From NCBI GenBank assembly GCA_964016885.1, contig OZ024745.1:129394001-129458000 (forward strand): DNA of 64,000 bases, written 5' to 3'. This document shows, piece after piece, positions 41,008 to 56,270 of this stretch. A model generated the notes under the pieces. It saw only the letters and a list, made by a program, of their open reading frames with translations, was not told where the DNA came from and ran no database searches. This stretch comes from Eledone cirrhosa. Taxonomy: Eukaryota. A program made the position numbers and the translations under genes. Every line of letters begins with the position of its first letter. Within the stretch, counting starts at the first letter, position 1.

Positions 41008-41611
41008 ATTTATATGTGTGTATGTGTGTGTGTGTGTGTGTGTGCGCGTGTGTGTATATATGTGCGCGTGAGAGCGAATACAATCAATTTTGTATTTACC
41101 TAATGTAGTAAATATTATTTCAGAGAACGGAAATGATAATCAAAGAAAAATAAATTCTTGCGTGCTAACAACTACAAAAAACAAACAAACAAACAACAAT
41201 AATAATACTAATAATATTAACATAATATTAACAATGACACCCACCACTCTGGTGATGAATTTGATGTTGAATACGAAAAAATAAAATATAATAATAAACG
41301 ATAAAATGTATTATATATTACATACTAAAATTCTAATAAAAACAAAATATAACGTACTCAAAATATAGATTGATATGTGAGAAAGTGTGAAAGTGGTAAT
41401 ATTTTTCAGATTAATAAAAACAATATAATGTGACCATTCAATTAACGCAATGTGGATATAACTTAGCGTCGACTAATTAATATAGTCAGTTTCCGGGACG
41501 GAAACTATGTAGGTTATTTGTATTTCCCTTCTATCTTTATTTCATTTTCTCTTATCGCCTATGTGTCAACTTTCTTCTCCTCTTCTCTCCTTCCCTCTCT
41601 CTCTCTATATC

Positions 41612-41708
<97 letters not shown>

Positions 41709-42089
41709 ACTCTCTCCGTTTCTTGCTTTCTCATTCTTAATGTCTCTCGCTCTCAAATTCTCATTTTACATAATATTTATATAATGTTATTCTCTTTTCT
41801 CTTTCTTCACTCAATCTTTCGCAATGTCTTCTTTTCTTCCTCTTCTTCACGCCTGCTCTCTCCCCCATTCTCTCCCATTCTTTCTCTTTTACTCTCTCTA
41901 TCTCTCTCTCCATATCCCCCCTCTTTCTTTCTTTGTTTCAACCAGTTATTGTCTTTGTTTCGTTACACGCCACCCGGACCACATCAAACTATTCCATCTA
42001 GTCTTTCTCAACAATTTCTAGCTTCTCTTTATGTAAGTTACTTTGCCTTTCACCAATTCCCTTCACATTCTCCGCAACTCTCTCTCTGC

Positions 42090-42168
<79 letters not shown>

Positions 42169-43110
42169 CTAAATGGTCTTCTGAGCTTGCGCATTTTTCA
42201 GGTCTAGTTTAATATTTTTTTAAGGCAACGCTTGTAATAACTCTAGTTAAACATGATATATATTAATAATAAATTATCGTTGTAATGTAATTAGATTATA
42301 TAATTGTTATTTTATAAATGATCTTATAAATATTATAGTAAGATGTATACAAATATTTTCAGACTTTTACTATAAACAACTACAAAAAACAATCAATGTT
42401 AAATAAATATATTTTACATAATAATTGTTATAGTTGAATTAATAAAAATTAAATATTACATACAAATAGTCTAACATAATAATAAAAAAAAATAATCTAA
42501 CATAATAATAAAATAATCTAACATAAAACGAACAATAATATGGACATATATACAAGTAAATATGATACAACCAATATTCTAAGCATGTTATAACGAACTG
42601 AAAATAAAATAGTTAATATAAATTTAAAAAATCATATATAAATTAACAATATAACTTACCAAAACGAGAAAAATATTTTGATGATAAAACGACAAAATAC
42701 AGGAGAGAGATTCGAAAGCGAAACGATAAATAAACGTGCAAACAAAACGCTTTTGAGCAACAATTACTCTCTCTGGTGGATTAGCCAATAAGACGATGAA
42801 ATTAGCCAATAAGACGATACATTACAAAACATGTTTAGAAGGAATCGCCACGGCCAGCGATACCCCTTGAATATTTTATTCACAAGCTACGCATATATTG
42901 TCAGACAACATGCAGACTTAAAACATTTTTTTCTTAGTCACTGCGTGTCTAACAGATATCAGATGAAACGAAAATTGTTTTACCAACATATTCGTTCGTA
43001 CATTCAAGAAAACGAAAGAAAGTTTGTATGACTCTACATTCAGTATTCAGTACTCTCTCCTCCCCATGATTACCCTTAAGCGTTTACATCCATTTACACA
43101 CACAAACACA

Positions 43111-43223
<113 letters not shown>

Positions 43224-43229
43224 ATATTT

Positions 43230-43429
43230 NNNNNNNNNNNNNNNNNNNNNNNNNNNNNNNNNNNNNNNNNNNNNNNNNNNNNNNNNNNNNNNNNNNNNNN
43301 NNNNNNNNNNNNNNNNNNNNNNNNNNNNNNNNNNNNNNNNNNNNNNNNNNNNNNNNNNNNNNNNNNNNNNNNNNNNNNNNNNNNNNNNNNNNNNNNNNNN
43401 NNNNNNNNNNNNNNNNNNNNNNNNNNNNN
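43230..43429. other. Assembly gap (200 N)
   Basis: Run of N between (CT)n and a degenerate (TA)n array. Confidence 1.
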
Positions 43430-43440
43430 GGTAGATTTAT

Positions 43441-45000
<1,560 letters not shown>

Positions 45001-45172
45001 ATTGTTGCTAATTTTGGCACAAGGCCAGCAATTAACCAGTGTATTACTGGTACTTTATCTATCGACCCCATAAGGATGAAAGTCAAAGTTAAACTCAGCG
45101 GGATTTGAACTCAGGCCATAAAGGACCGTAACTCTATGCTGCAAAGCATGGCGTCCGACTCTCTACCGATAC
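45001..45172 (-). mobile_element. Nin-domain SINE
   Basis: Reverse-complement consensus match. Confidence 0.85.
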
Positions 45173-45491
45173 TATAGTAATAATAATCAATGTGAAGACT
45201 AAAATCCAAAGAGTGCTCGATATTTATAATATATATATCAAAATATTTAAAACCATAGAGCAAATATTTTTGAAAATAACAGATTAAAGTTTAAGCAAAG
45301 AATCACTGCTTTCATCCTTAACGGGATCTTCTGCATGAAAGTGTGTGTGTGAGTGAAGCTTCAGAAGATCCTATTAAGGGTGGAAGCAGCGATTCTTTGC
45401 TTAAACTTTAATCAATTATTTTAATAAATATATATATATATACAGTATATATATATATATATATATATATATTAATGCGTGTGTGTGTATT

Positions 45492-45593
<102 letters not shown>

Positions 45594-45628
45594 TGTGTGT
45601 GTGTGTCAGATCCTTGGTACAGTTAGGC

Positions 45629-45819
45629 ATATTTGAAAAAAAAGGAAAATAATGACTTCAATTGTAGTGTTAAAACATTTTTTGATTTAATGTTATAATA
45701 TATTATAATATTATGAGTTGGTGGATCTACCAACTCATAATATTATAATATTATAACATTAAATCAAAACGTTTTTTAACACTACAAGTGAAGTAATTCT
45801 TTTCCTTTTTTTCAAATAT
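45629..45819. repeat. AT-rich fold-back palindrome (~95-bp arms)
   Basis: Centre TATGAGTTGGTGGATCTACCAACTCATA; arms pair out to ATATTTGAAAA / TTTTCAAATAT. Confidence 0.85.
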
Positions 45820-45859
45820 ATATATATATATATATATTCTATACACACACTCACACATA

Positions 45860-46027
45860 TATGAGGCGTATAAGAAAATAGAGGAGGATCAGTTAATTAT
45901 GATTTTATTCAACATATACCCCTCTCAGATTCACACACTTATTGCAGTGGTCCTACGTCCCCTGTAAAGGTAACAGGTTTACTTTTTCGTGATACTCTCA
46001 AAGCCAGGAAGTTTTCAGCATACCCTC

Positions 46028-46030
<3 letters not shown>
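45860..46030. mobile_element. Mariner-derived MITE remnant
   Basis: Right end AAAGCCAGGAAGTTTTCAGCATACCCTCATA resembles a mariner TIR (TAYGAGGG..TGCTGAAAAGTTCCTGGCTTT) with TA flank. Confidence 0.5.
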
Positions 46031-46070
<40 letters not shown>

Positions 46071-46123
46071 TATATACACAATGATATTAAATAAATGGAA
46101 ACTATATTTATAAAACCATATTT

Positions 46124-46183
46124 ATTCTATTATATATATTTCAAGGGTACCAAAAACATTGGTACGCTTTCATCAGATAAAAT
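46124..46183 (-). ncRNA. Hammerhead ribozyme, left arm of a divergent pair
   Basis: Minus strand: ATTTTAT CTGATGA AAGC-GTACCAA..TTGGTAC-CCTT GAAA TATATA TA ATAGAAT. Confidence 0.8.
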
Positions 46184-46222
46184 ACAAAGTGTGTTTTATA
46201 AATTTTGACATAACCAAGGTAC

Positions 46223-46282
46223 ATTTTATCTGATGAAAGCGTACCAAAGTGTTTGGTACCCTTGAAATATATATAATAGAAT
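46223..46282 (+). ncRNA. Hammerhead ribozyme, right arm of a divergent pair
   Basis: ATTTTAT CTGATGA AAGC-GTACCAAA-GTG-TTTGGTAC-CCTT GAAA TATATA TA ATAGAAT. Confidence 0.82.
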
Positions 46283-46654
46283 AAATATGGTTTTATAAAT
46301 ATAGTTTCCATTTATTTAATATCATTGAATATTATACTCCAGAAAATTTGTCGAGTGCTCTGATCAGTTATAAGCATTTATATTTGTTGAATTACCAACA
46401 AATTGAATATCCCTTCTGCTTATATATATATAAATATATTCACAGTTGACCGAGATGATCCTAGACCTCATTCTCTTAATGAGTGTGTGTGTGTGGGGGG
46501 GGGGGGGGCTCGTCAAATCGGACCGAGGAAAACATTGTTTCCATTGGTCTTCCCAGTTGCTAATATTATCTATCAGTCGCAAATCCTGACATTTCTTTCT
46601 TTAAACTGATGTTCTACATTCAGGCTATTCCATCTTTCTCACGTTTAGATATTC

Positions 46655-46836
46655 ATTGGCAGTATCGGTAGAGCGTCAGACACCATACTTTGCAGCATAG
46701 AGTTATGGCCTTTTACGTTCTGAGTTCAAACCCTTTCGAGGTTAACTTCGCCTTTCATCCTTACGGAGTCGATAAAATAAAGCCCCAGTAATGCACTGGG
46801 GTAATTGCTGGCCTTGTGCCAAAAGTAGAAACAATT
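46655..46836 (+). mobile_element. Nin-domain SINE
   Basis: Consensus match. Confidence 0.85.
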
Positions 46837-47067
46837 AATGCTATTTGTTTAGAAATAAATGTTCAAAATTGTAATCCAGTCTGGTACAATATAGTCACAC
46901 ATGGATAGTACACCTAACACAGAGCGGAGATCGGGATGTATTGAACAATTTATTTATTTATATTATGTTTAGTTGCTGACCCTGTAGAAATTGTGCCATG
47001 CTGTTAGTAGAAACGAACAGCATATATTAAAGCTCTTAAGTGTTTATTTATACATAGTGCTTTATTT

Positions 47068-47250
47068 ATACTACTTTTGGCACAAGGCCAGCAATTACCC
47101 CAGTGCATTATTGGTACTTTATTTTATCGACCCCGTAAGGATGAAAGGTAAAGCTAACCTCGGCGGGATTTAAACTCAGAACATAAAGGGTCATAACTCT
47201 ATGCTGTAAATCATGGCGTCTGATGCTCTACCGATACTGCCAAACCAGCG
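47068..47250 (-). mobile_element. Nin-domain SINE
   Basis: Reverse-complement consensus match. Confidence 0.85.
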
Positions 47251-47851
47251 CTATATAATATTCAAATAATACACACATCTTGTATTTTAAAAAATCCCTC
47301 ATACTCTTTTACCCTTTCCTTTACATAAAAACTTGTTACAGCGTGTATTTGATAAACACCATTACCACTTTCTCTATCCATTCTCTTACTCACTATCTCT
47401 CTCTCTCTTTCTTTTACCATCGTCTTATAATAATTATTTTATTGGAAGAAATATAGACGACCATCTGGATTTCTGAAGAGGATGGAGATGTAATAGGAAT
47501 TTCTGTTAAAGCACCTACGTAGTTCCGTAAGTTGATGTGTATTGAAGTCTAGGCCTAAAGTAAAAACTAATAAACCTACGCTAGTAAATTCGTTGCGACT
47601 GCAATATTTGATTGCAAGTTGTTAAAAGCAGGTATTAGATCTTTCCTTAAATTCGATTTGCGTACAGCAAAACAGCTGTAGTGAACATGCCATAATTATA
47701 GTAGAGTAATAAATTCATATATTCGAAAACTTCAACCACAGATTGGCTGCCTGCATCCCCCACCCACCACAAATATAGATATTCAATTTATTACTACATC
47801 CTATATAAATATAAATATATATACATATATACATATATATATAAATATATA

Positions 47852-48344
47852 TCTATAAAAAACAGAGAATGTCTGTCTGTCTTTCCGACTCCTTAAAACT
47901 CGAGAACCACCTAACTTCTTGTTTTCAAACTTTACACATGTAATACTTATGGTCGTGTGAGTTTTTGAGCCCCCCAAAAATTTCAAATTTTCAATGCCCT
48001 AGGGACCGCATTATGCGAATTAGCGATCTCTCTATAATTCTTAGTCTTTCTTTTTAGATAGATATATAGCTACACATTCGCGCCCTTATAATATCTGTCT
48101 GTATGTAAGGCTGTCTGCATTACGACATTATGACGCTACATGTGTGTATGTGTATAAATGCATATATATTATATATATATATATATATAATTATATATTC
48201 GTGTACATATATTTTTGCATACACAATAACAAAATATAAACAAACACACGTATTTATTTCACGAGGCTCGATAAGGATAAATATATATCAAATATATAAG
48301 AAGCCTAGAGCAAATCCCGAGCAACGCCGGGCCATTCTGCTAGT
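47852..48344 (+). mobile_element. Non-autonomous Helitron-like element
   Basis: 5' TCTATAAAAAACAGAGAATGTCTGTCTGTC; 3' CCCGAGCAACGCCGGGCCATTCTGCTAG-T; both ends shared with 54591-55452. Confidence 0.6.
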
Positions 48345-48350
48345 ATATAC

Positions 48351-48439
<89 letters not shown>

Positions 48440-48448
48440 AAAAAGTAT

Positions 48449-48546
48449 GACCCTGACGGCAGAGCTCAAGCCGTTTCGACGGCTATTTCTGGACTAAATT
48501 AGAATATTTAACTTCGTGAATAAATAGCCGAACTTTTCAAGGGAGT
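48449..48546 (-). ncRNA. Hammerhead motif with U3-A8 core variant
   Basis: Minus strand: ACTCCC TTGAAAA GTT-CGGCTATTT..AAATAGCCG-TC GAAA CGGC-TTGAGCTCT-GCCG TC AGGG. Confidence 0.6.
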
Positions 48547-49150
48547 ACTTCCTTATATGGGAAGATTGTAGTTGTCAAGAGGATTGGTTAAAATTTGTTG
48601 TAAACACAAATAAGTCTATCATGGCATTTGGTGGGAGGTAGGGGTGGCTGAACTTGCTGTAGAACAATAGGAAAGTGAGTGGAGCGGTCAAGCATTGAAA
48701 GTGATAATTATACAGCAGATTCTAAGGCTAGTGTATGAAGTGGAGGAAGGAGGTAATAGAAAAGGTAAATCGAATGAGAGTAGGAGACAATAAAAGATAA
48801 TAGAAAAAAAAATATATATATAAAATTAGATAGTGAGAAATGAATAAAAAAAATCACAATGCTATCTTACAGTTACAGGTTAATAATTTGAGAATAGAAA
48901 AAACTTGTAGAAATTGAGTAGTACCAGAAGTGATACAGAATTAAAGAGGTTTAACACATCTGCTATAAGTAGTTAGAAAAACGTATTCGGCCAATTCTAT
49001 CTTAAAATTACAAGGGTGGGGAACTGATGCTACAGAGGCCCGATGGGCTGCATCGGAGTAGGCGAAGGGGAAAAGAAAATAGGGGGTGGAAAGAAACGGG
49101 GAAGAAGAAGACAAAGAGAAAAAGAAAAGAAAAGAGATACTTCCCCTAAC

Positions 49151-50357
49151 TTATTCGGCAAGTAGGGGGGTATCAGCCCTTGTCAACCCACCCGGGTCGT
49201 TATGGGGTTTGAGGGCGTGGTATGTCCTACGCAATCTGTGTATGCATGCAGTTACCAGTTCCTCTTTCTTGTTTAGGAGTTGGTCCTTCGAAAACAACAT
49301 TTGTAATGTTTCCTCCGAGCATAAGTTACACGGACGGCGTCCTTCCGTGTAAGAGTTAGCTTTTGACAGTAAGCTCCAAGTGAGATTGTAGGTTATGTTA
49401 CTATCTTGGAGATCCCAGATGTGGCCCGAAAGTGTAGTGGCATGTCGCCGGATCGGGTTTCGGAAAGTATGTCGGTGTTGGTAGAGCCGGGTCTTGAAGT
49501 CACACGCGGTTAATCCTATATAAGCTTTGTTGGAGGTGTCCGTCCTCACGTTGCACTGGTAGATCACGTTACGATCTCGGCATTTGTTGTTGAGGGGGCA
49601 CGTATATCTATCAGGGCAGTTACAACTCCTGGTCGGCTCTCCACTGATGTCTAGGTTATTTCTTCCATAGGTGCTGAGTTTTTTGTTGTTTGAGGAGACG
49701 ATGTTTTGTGCGAAGTTAGGTGTGGTGCTGTAGGAGAGTTTGATGGTGTTTTTGTTGATTATGTTTTGGTAGCGGTGTTGTAGTGGGAAGTGTTTTTCGA
49801 GGAATCTAAAGAAGATTTTCCCGATAGGTGTTGCCACCTCGGCATTATGGAGAGCATTGAACCACGTTACGTTGCGTGAGCGGCGGTGTCACCTGCTGGA
49901 TCGGCTAAGGGAAGCTGGATAAAAGGATATTTCCTCCTGGAAGCCACTTCGCTTGAGGGCCTGGTTGTAATGAGGCGCGTGTTCGTCGAATATCTGCTCA
50001 TTAGCGGACAAACGAGATATGCGGAGGGAGATGTTTTTAACCAGGTTATTGGTGATGTTTCTAGGATGGTTAGACCGGCGGTAGATGTAGTGCAGGTTGT
50101 CGTTTGGTTTCCTGTATGGGTAGTACAGATCATTTTCGAGGTTAAGAGTAACGTCCAGGAAATTGACTCGGGTTACGGACGTTTGTAGGGTGATTTTAAA
50201 TCCCCAGTGCCGGAAGAAGTTGATTAGTTGTTTACGGATCCGGTCTGTACTACTGGGGTTGTACCCTTTGAGGGTGAGGAGCCCATCATCCCGGTACAAT
50301 CCACCGCCGAATGCAGGAAACATTTCGGTGAATTTAAATAGTAGGAATAATCCTATA
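49151..50357 (-). pseudogene. Penelope-like RT / GIY-YIG polyprotein, single frame with one TGA at 49889-49891
   Basis: LIGLFLL, YRDDG, VNFLDV, SNHP, TWFN, CNCPDRYTCP (CxCx5C), NVIY..YIG..FKTR, CNLC..LNKKEEL..CIH; the two listed ORFs are in the same frame. Confidence 0.92.
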
Positions 50358-50391
50358 AGAGTATATATATATATATATATGTGTGTCTGTG

Positions 50392-50517
<126 letters not shown>

Positions 50518-50619
50518 TATATATATATATATAACCTTGAGCTGATCTATAGCGAAACACGCGTCACCACCCAATAAACGTAATGAAGACGTAACATTCG
50601 TCCTTGTATTATTATACAG

Positions 50620-50812
50620 TGGGTGGTGGATTGGCAGTGTAGCTAGAGCGTTGGACGCCATGCTTTGCAACATAGAGTTATGCCCCTTTACGGTCTGAGT
50701 TCAATTGACGCCGAGGTTAACTTTGCTTTTCATCCTTACGGGGTCGATAAAATAAAGTACCAATAATACACTGGGTAATTGCTGGCCTTGTGCCAAAAGT
50801 AGAAACAATTAT
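50620..50812 (+). mobile_element. Nin-domain SINE inserted in a pLTR-like segment
   Basis: Consensus match; upstream GCT..AGC GAAA CACGCG TC half-HHR (50541-50565) and downstream GAGTGCTC (50867). Confidence 0.85.
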
Positions 50813-50913
50813 CACATTACACTCTGTCTAGCTCTACACCTCGCCTCTGACGTGAACCTAAACATCGAGTGCTCACCTGGGTGAACCTACAGTAACTTCA
50901 TGTTACACTCCCT

Positions 50914-50983
<70 letters not shown>

Positions 50984-51307
50984 GGGGTGGGTGGGTGGTA
51001 GGAGAGAGCTTTATTTCTGAAAAACTTTACAGATTATGAAATTAGGAACATCAACGAATCAAAATTCATTTATTTTTCCTTTTTTATTAATGACAAAAAC
51101 ACATATTTTCTTTTTTGTCGTATGGTTTTTATATAATTCAATATCCGCAATTAATACTCGTGATGTTGATCTGGCGATAATTATATAAGAAAACTTGTTT
51201 AAAACAATATAGAGCATATGAACGAATTTTAAATCAAGGCTAAATGTGCTGCTTTTATACAATCGTTATTCTCTAGCGTAATTACTTAGATTATATAATT
51301 CGTACTA

Positions 51308-51383
<76 letters not shown>

Positions 51384-51524
51384 CTCGATATATGAATATA
51401 CAGGAGCGCTCAAACATCCTCCCACACACAAATGAAAAAAAGACATATAGATATGTAAGTTCCAGCCTGTGTTAGCAAGTAAACGTGGATTATATATATA
51501 TATATATATGTTAATCCCCAACAC

Positions 51525-53050
51525 ACTATATCAGACATAACGTTTGGCGCCCCTGATGTCTTAGCGGCAATAAACGAAATTAAACACAATTCAGCAGTAG
51601 GCCCTGACAGGTTCCCTGCTTGTGTCCTGAACGTGTGTCGGCACCAACTTGCGTCTCCTCTTGCTAATCTGTAGAAGAACTCACTGGACACTGGCTATAT
51701 TCCTGAAAACTTTCTGTCCCACTCCGTTGTCCCAGTCTTCAAAAAGGGAAATAAGTCCCTTGCAGTGAACTACCGTCCGATCTCACTCACCTCTCATATT
51801 ATCAAGGCATTTGAGAGGGTGGTGAGATCACGAATAACCCGCTATTTTGAAAGCAACGGCCTGCTGAACTCCAACCAACATGGGTTCCGTAATGGAAGGG
51901 ACTGCCTAACGCAGCTCCTGCATAATTTTGACGATGTTTTGAGAGCCTTCGGAGAGGGCTCCAACACTAATGTTATCTATCTTGATTTCAGCAAGGCCTT
52001 CAACAGGGTTGATCATAAGATTCTACTGAAAAAAAACTATCCAATGTTGGTGTTTCTGGAAGATTACTACAGTGGATCAAATGTTTCCTGACAGGCAGAA
52101 CGCAGCATGTTGTAGTCGAAGGAGTAAAATCAAGTCCTGCCAAAGTCGGCAGTGGCGACACACAAGTCTCTGTGTTGGGCCCACGCCTTTTCATCATCTA
52201 CATTAATGACATTACTGACATCATCAAGCACAGCAACATCAGAATCTTTGCAGATGATTCCAAGCTCCAAAGGGTCATCAATGAGGTGGATGACCGGACT
52301 TGCCGTCAGTCAGACCTACTGGCTGTTATCCAATGGGCAGAAATGAATAATATGATGTTGAATGAGGGTAAATTTGAATTAATCCACTTTGGAAAAAAGG
52401 ATGCCCTGAAACTACCATACTCTCTTCCTTCGGGTGAAACTCTAGTGGCATCCAATAACATCAGAAACCTGGGAGTAATCGTGGACAACAACATAAGCTG
52501 GGCCACTCATATAAACAGCAAAGTTGATATGGCCCGCAGAATGTGTTCCTGGATTCTTAGAACTTTCCAGTCGAGAGATAACCACACTACCATCCTTCTC
52601 TTCTCCACTTTTGCCCGACCCCACATTGAATACTGTTGTCCACTGTGGTCACCCCACACGAAACAAAGTATCATGAAAGTTGAAGCACCCCAAAGGTCAA
52701 TTACAAAAAAGATAGATGGCATGACAGGCCTTGACTATTGGAGTCGATGAGAAAGCTCAAACTTTATTCTCTCCAACGTCCCCGTGAGCGCTACCTTATC
52801 TGTATGATGTGGAAAATATTCCATCAGCTTTGCCCAAATGATGTTGGCATCACTTTTTGTGTACACCCAAGGCTTGGGCCCCGTGCTAACCGCCCACGAC
52901 ATAAATCTCACTCGCATCACATAACAAAAATACGGCACAATTATTTCACCTCAATTGGCCCTGCACTCTTTAACATTACACCAAGACACATCAAAGCAGA
53001 GACAGACCCCATCAAGTTAAAGAAGTCTTTGGATAAATTCATTCAAGAAT
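51525..53050 (+). pseudogene. CR1-group LINE ORF2 reverse transcriptase, truncated and frameshifted
   Basis: AVGPDRFP, NYRPISLTS, QHGFR, IYLDFSKAF, LGPRLFIIYIND, FADDSK, LGVIVD, RPHIEYCCPLWSP. Confidence 0.9.
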
Positions 53051-53106
53051 CCGTCGGGGTCATACTTTTTCCTATATATATATATATATAATATATATAT
53101 ATAATA

Positions 53107-53449
<343 letters not shown>

Positions 53450-54059
53450 GACACTACTGGTTCATACAGATCTTGTTCGGCATGATTTGGAAAAGAGGCA
53501 GAATTCAAAGGAACTTTCAAATAATCAATTGTTTTAGTTTTCTTCTATTATGTCATTCAAATTCGGAAACAGTAAATATATATGAAGTTAATCCTAGTAT
53601 TTTATTAGTCTGTTATTAATTATTCGTACATAGAAGGGATGAAAGGTATTTGTGATCTTTATAGGATATTGACTATTTTGAAAGGTTACCTATATCATCT
53701 ATTCTGGAGGTTACATGAGATATGCTAACCAAGGAACTCTTAATGTAATCTTCAAGTAGAACCATTCTGAAACTGTGGAAAAAATGACTCTTCGAATGTC
53801 ATGTCTCTCTGCCGCAGACTCTTGTAGAAGACACAAATCTCTCTGATTGAGAAGTAGTCTTAATTATTCGACCACACACTCTATATAAGTACAAAGACAC
53901 ATGAACGTATATTTACACGCACCCCTATACAAAGAAAAGTTACCGTATACACACGCACCCCCGATACAACTATAAATACATGTGCACGTATATATACACG
54001 CACACGTTATATGCTAGTATCTAAAAAAATGTCTGAAGTCTGTCTCGAGCCCAGGGACT

Positions 54060-54305
54060 CATCAGGCAGGTTCTTATCCCGGTTTTCATGATGTGAAACG
54101 ACTGAGAATAAAATACTCCCCACCCCTCTGGACAGTGCGCCATTCCATCGCAGGGTTAAACCCCCAGATGTTGCTGGTACTCATTGTCAACAGAATATAC
54201 TGAATGAGTGTTTTGATGAAGACCGCAATACACATCCCTGTCCAGGAATATCATCCCCGACGTTATGGTCGTAAGTCCAACACCCTTACCACGAGGCCAG
54301 GGGCA
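54060..54305 (-). mobile_element. Meta-domain-type SINE, diverged
   Basis: Minus strand TGGCCTCGTGGTAAGGGTGTTGGACTTACGACCATAAC..AATGAGTACCAGCAAC; tail shared with 36530. Confidence 0.65.
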
Positions 54306-54590
54306 TTCATATAAGTTAGTGCAGTCATGTCGTAATTGATAATTAATTAAATCCAAAATATAATTAGATTCTATTTAATGTGTTGTCCACTTTTAGATAA
54401 TCATCAGCAAAGTCAGTTGCTGGATGAAGGAGTAAATTCTTGCAATTTACGTTGTAATAGTCTAAACATTAGTTTTATTCGAATGTTTCACCGAAACATC
54501 AGACGCAATAAAGGAAGAAAATCCTATGTTCTGCATCGTGATCATATAAACTTTCTATGATGCTCTTAAATGTGTAACATTTTAGCTCAT

Positions 54591-55452
54591 ACTAGCAGAA
54601 TAGCCCGGCGTTGCTCGGAATTCTAAAACATAGATTGGCATGTTTATCCCTCCTTTCTGAAACAGAACAGAGAAGTACGGAATACCTCGGCCTGGGGATG
54701 GTGTCTACATTTTGTGCTTATAAAAAAAATTTGTCGTAGATTACCGGGGTTTAACTTAATTGGGTGCCTGAGAGTAGAATGTTAAACCCACTTAAGCCAA
54801 GACGATAGGGTTAAGTAAAAAGACATTCGACAAACCGAACATGTATTTGTTGTGCTATGGTACAATGAAAGCAATAGTTACAGAGCAGTAAGCATGTGGG
54901 ACTGCAGTGGTGGAGAGCATGAAAGAATTTAGTTGGATACTTCTAAGGTTACAGGCTCTAACGCAACCAAAATGCTAAATAATGCGGTCCCCGGGCAAAA
55001 ATGTGAAATCTTTTTCAGTCAGGAAAATTTGTGAAACGTAGGTAATGCATATGCATAGTTTAAAAAAATCGGTTGGGTACTTCTCGAGTTACAGGCCCTA
55101 ACGTAACCAAAATGCTTTTAAAAATCGGTTTTTCGCCTAATGCTGTCCCTGGGTAAAAAAATGAGAAAATCTTTCTAACTCAAAATACTTTAAACGACAT
55201 TAGTAATGCAAATTTTGAAGAAATCGCCTGGATTGTTGTTCTATTATGCCCCCAAAAAGCTGTTAAAGCCTAAAATATGCGGTTTTTCGCTTAATGTGGT
55301 CCCTAGGGCATTGGAAATGTGAAATATTCTTTGCTCAAAACACTCACACGAGCATACGTATTACATGTGTAAGGTTTGAATAAAATCGGTTGGGTAGTTC
55401 TCGAGCTTTAGGGGGACAGACAGACAGACATTCTCTGTTTTAGATATATAGA
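54591..55452 (-). mobile_element. Non-autonomous Helitron-like element with internal subrepeats
   Basis: Minus strand starts TCTATATATCTAAAACAGAGAATGTCTGTCTG and ends CCGAGCAACGCCGGGCTATTCTGCTAG-T; repeated AAATCGGTTGGGTA.TTCTCGAG blocks. Confidence 0.65.
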
Positions 55453-55854
55453 CTAGCAGAAAACCACCCGGCGGCCTGAAGGCAATCCATAATGCTGCAG
55501 ATGATGTCTTGGTCTGGCCTGAAGGCAATCCATAATGCTGCAAATCAAATGATGTCTTGGTCTGACCTGCTGGTCTTTACCTGCCTCTTTAATTATTGTG
55601 TATATGCCATACAGCAACAAGAAGATCAGCTTTCATTTAGTCTAAACCATAATTTGTTTCTGTTTTGGGGGATTTCTGATGTGTCACTTTTTCAGCGTCG
55701 TTTTAAAGTTAATCTAGCTATTAATATTCAAGATGACCAATTACAACATGTAATGCATCATATATTTCGTATTGCAGCAAATCTCCGCTTACTTCTGTAG
55801 TATTAATTGTTCTATACTACGATATAGTATTCATATGTATTAATTGTTGCATTA

Positions 55855-56045
55855 TGGCGGTGGATGGTAGTATCAGTAGAAGGTCGGACTCCATGCATTG
55901 CAGCTTAGATTTAGGGCCCTTTACAATCTGAGTTCAAATCCCGTCTAGGTTAGCTTTGCCTTTCATCCTTACTGGGTCGATAAAATAAAATACCAGTAAT
56001 GCACTGAGATAATTGCTGGCCTTGTGCCGAAAGTATAAACAATTT
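55855..56045 (+). mobile_element. Nin-domain SINE
   Basis: Consensus match. Confidence 0.85.
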
Positions 56046-56239
56046 ATTGTTGTATCATCTGTGATATCGGATCCATCGGATCGTTTATTGAAACACGTTG
56101 TACAGGGAGTAGGTTGCTACTTATTTCTGGCCAGGAAGGATTCGATACCATTACAATGAAGACATCTGATTTTCCCTTTGTTGACACTATTGTCATTGCT
56201 AACGATATTTCTCGTTGTGTTAACATACCTGATATATAG

Positions 56240-56270
<31 letters not shown>

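Larger units (their letters stand above)
48438..50357 (-). mobile_element. Penelope-like (Naiad-type) retroelement, 5'-truncated at (TA)n
   Basis: ORF 50357-49151, 3' UTR, then pLTR with an HHR at 48449-48546; (TA)n on both sides. Confidence 0.85.

Noticed and set aside
49889-49891. Single in-frame TGA in the second PLE as possible recoding
   Set aside because: Lies in an Arg-rich linker and is most simply CGA to TGA decay
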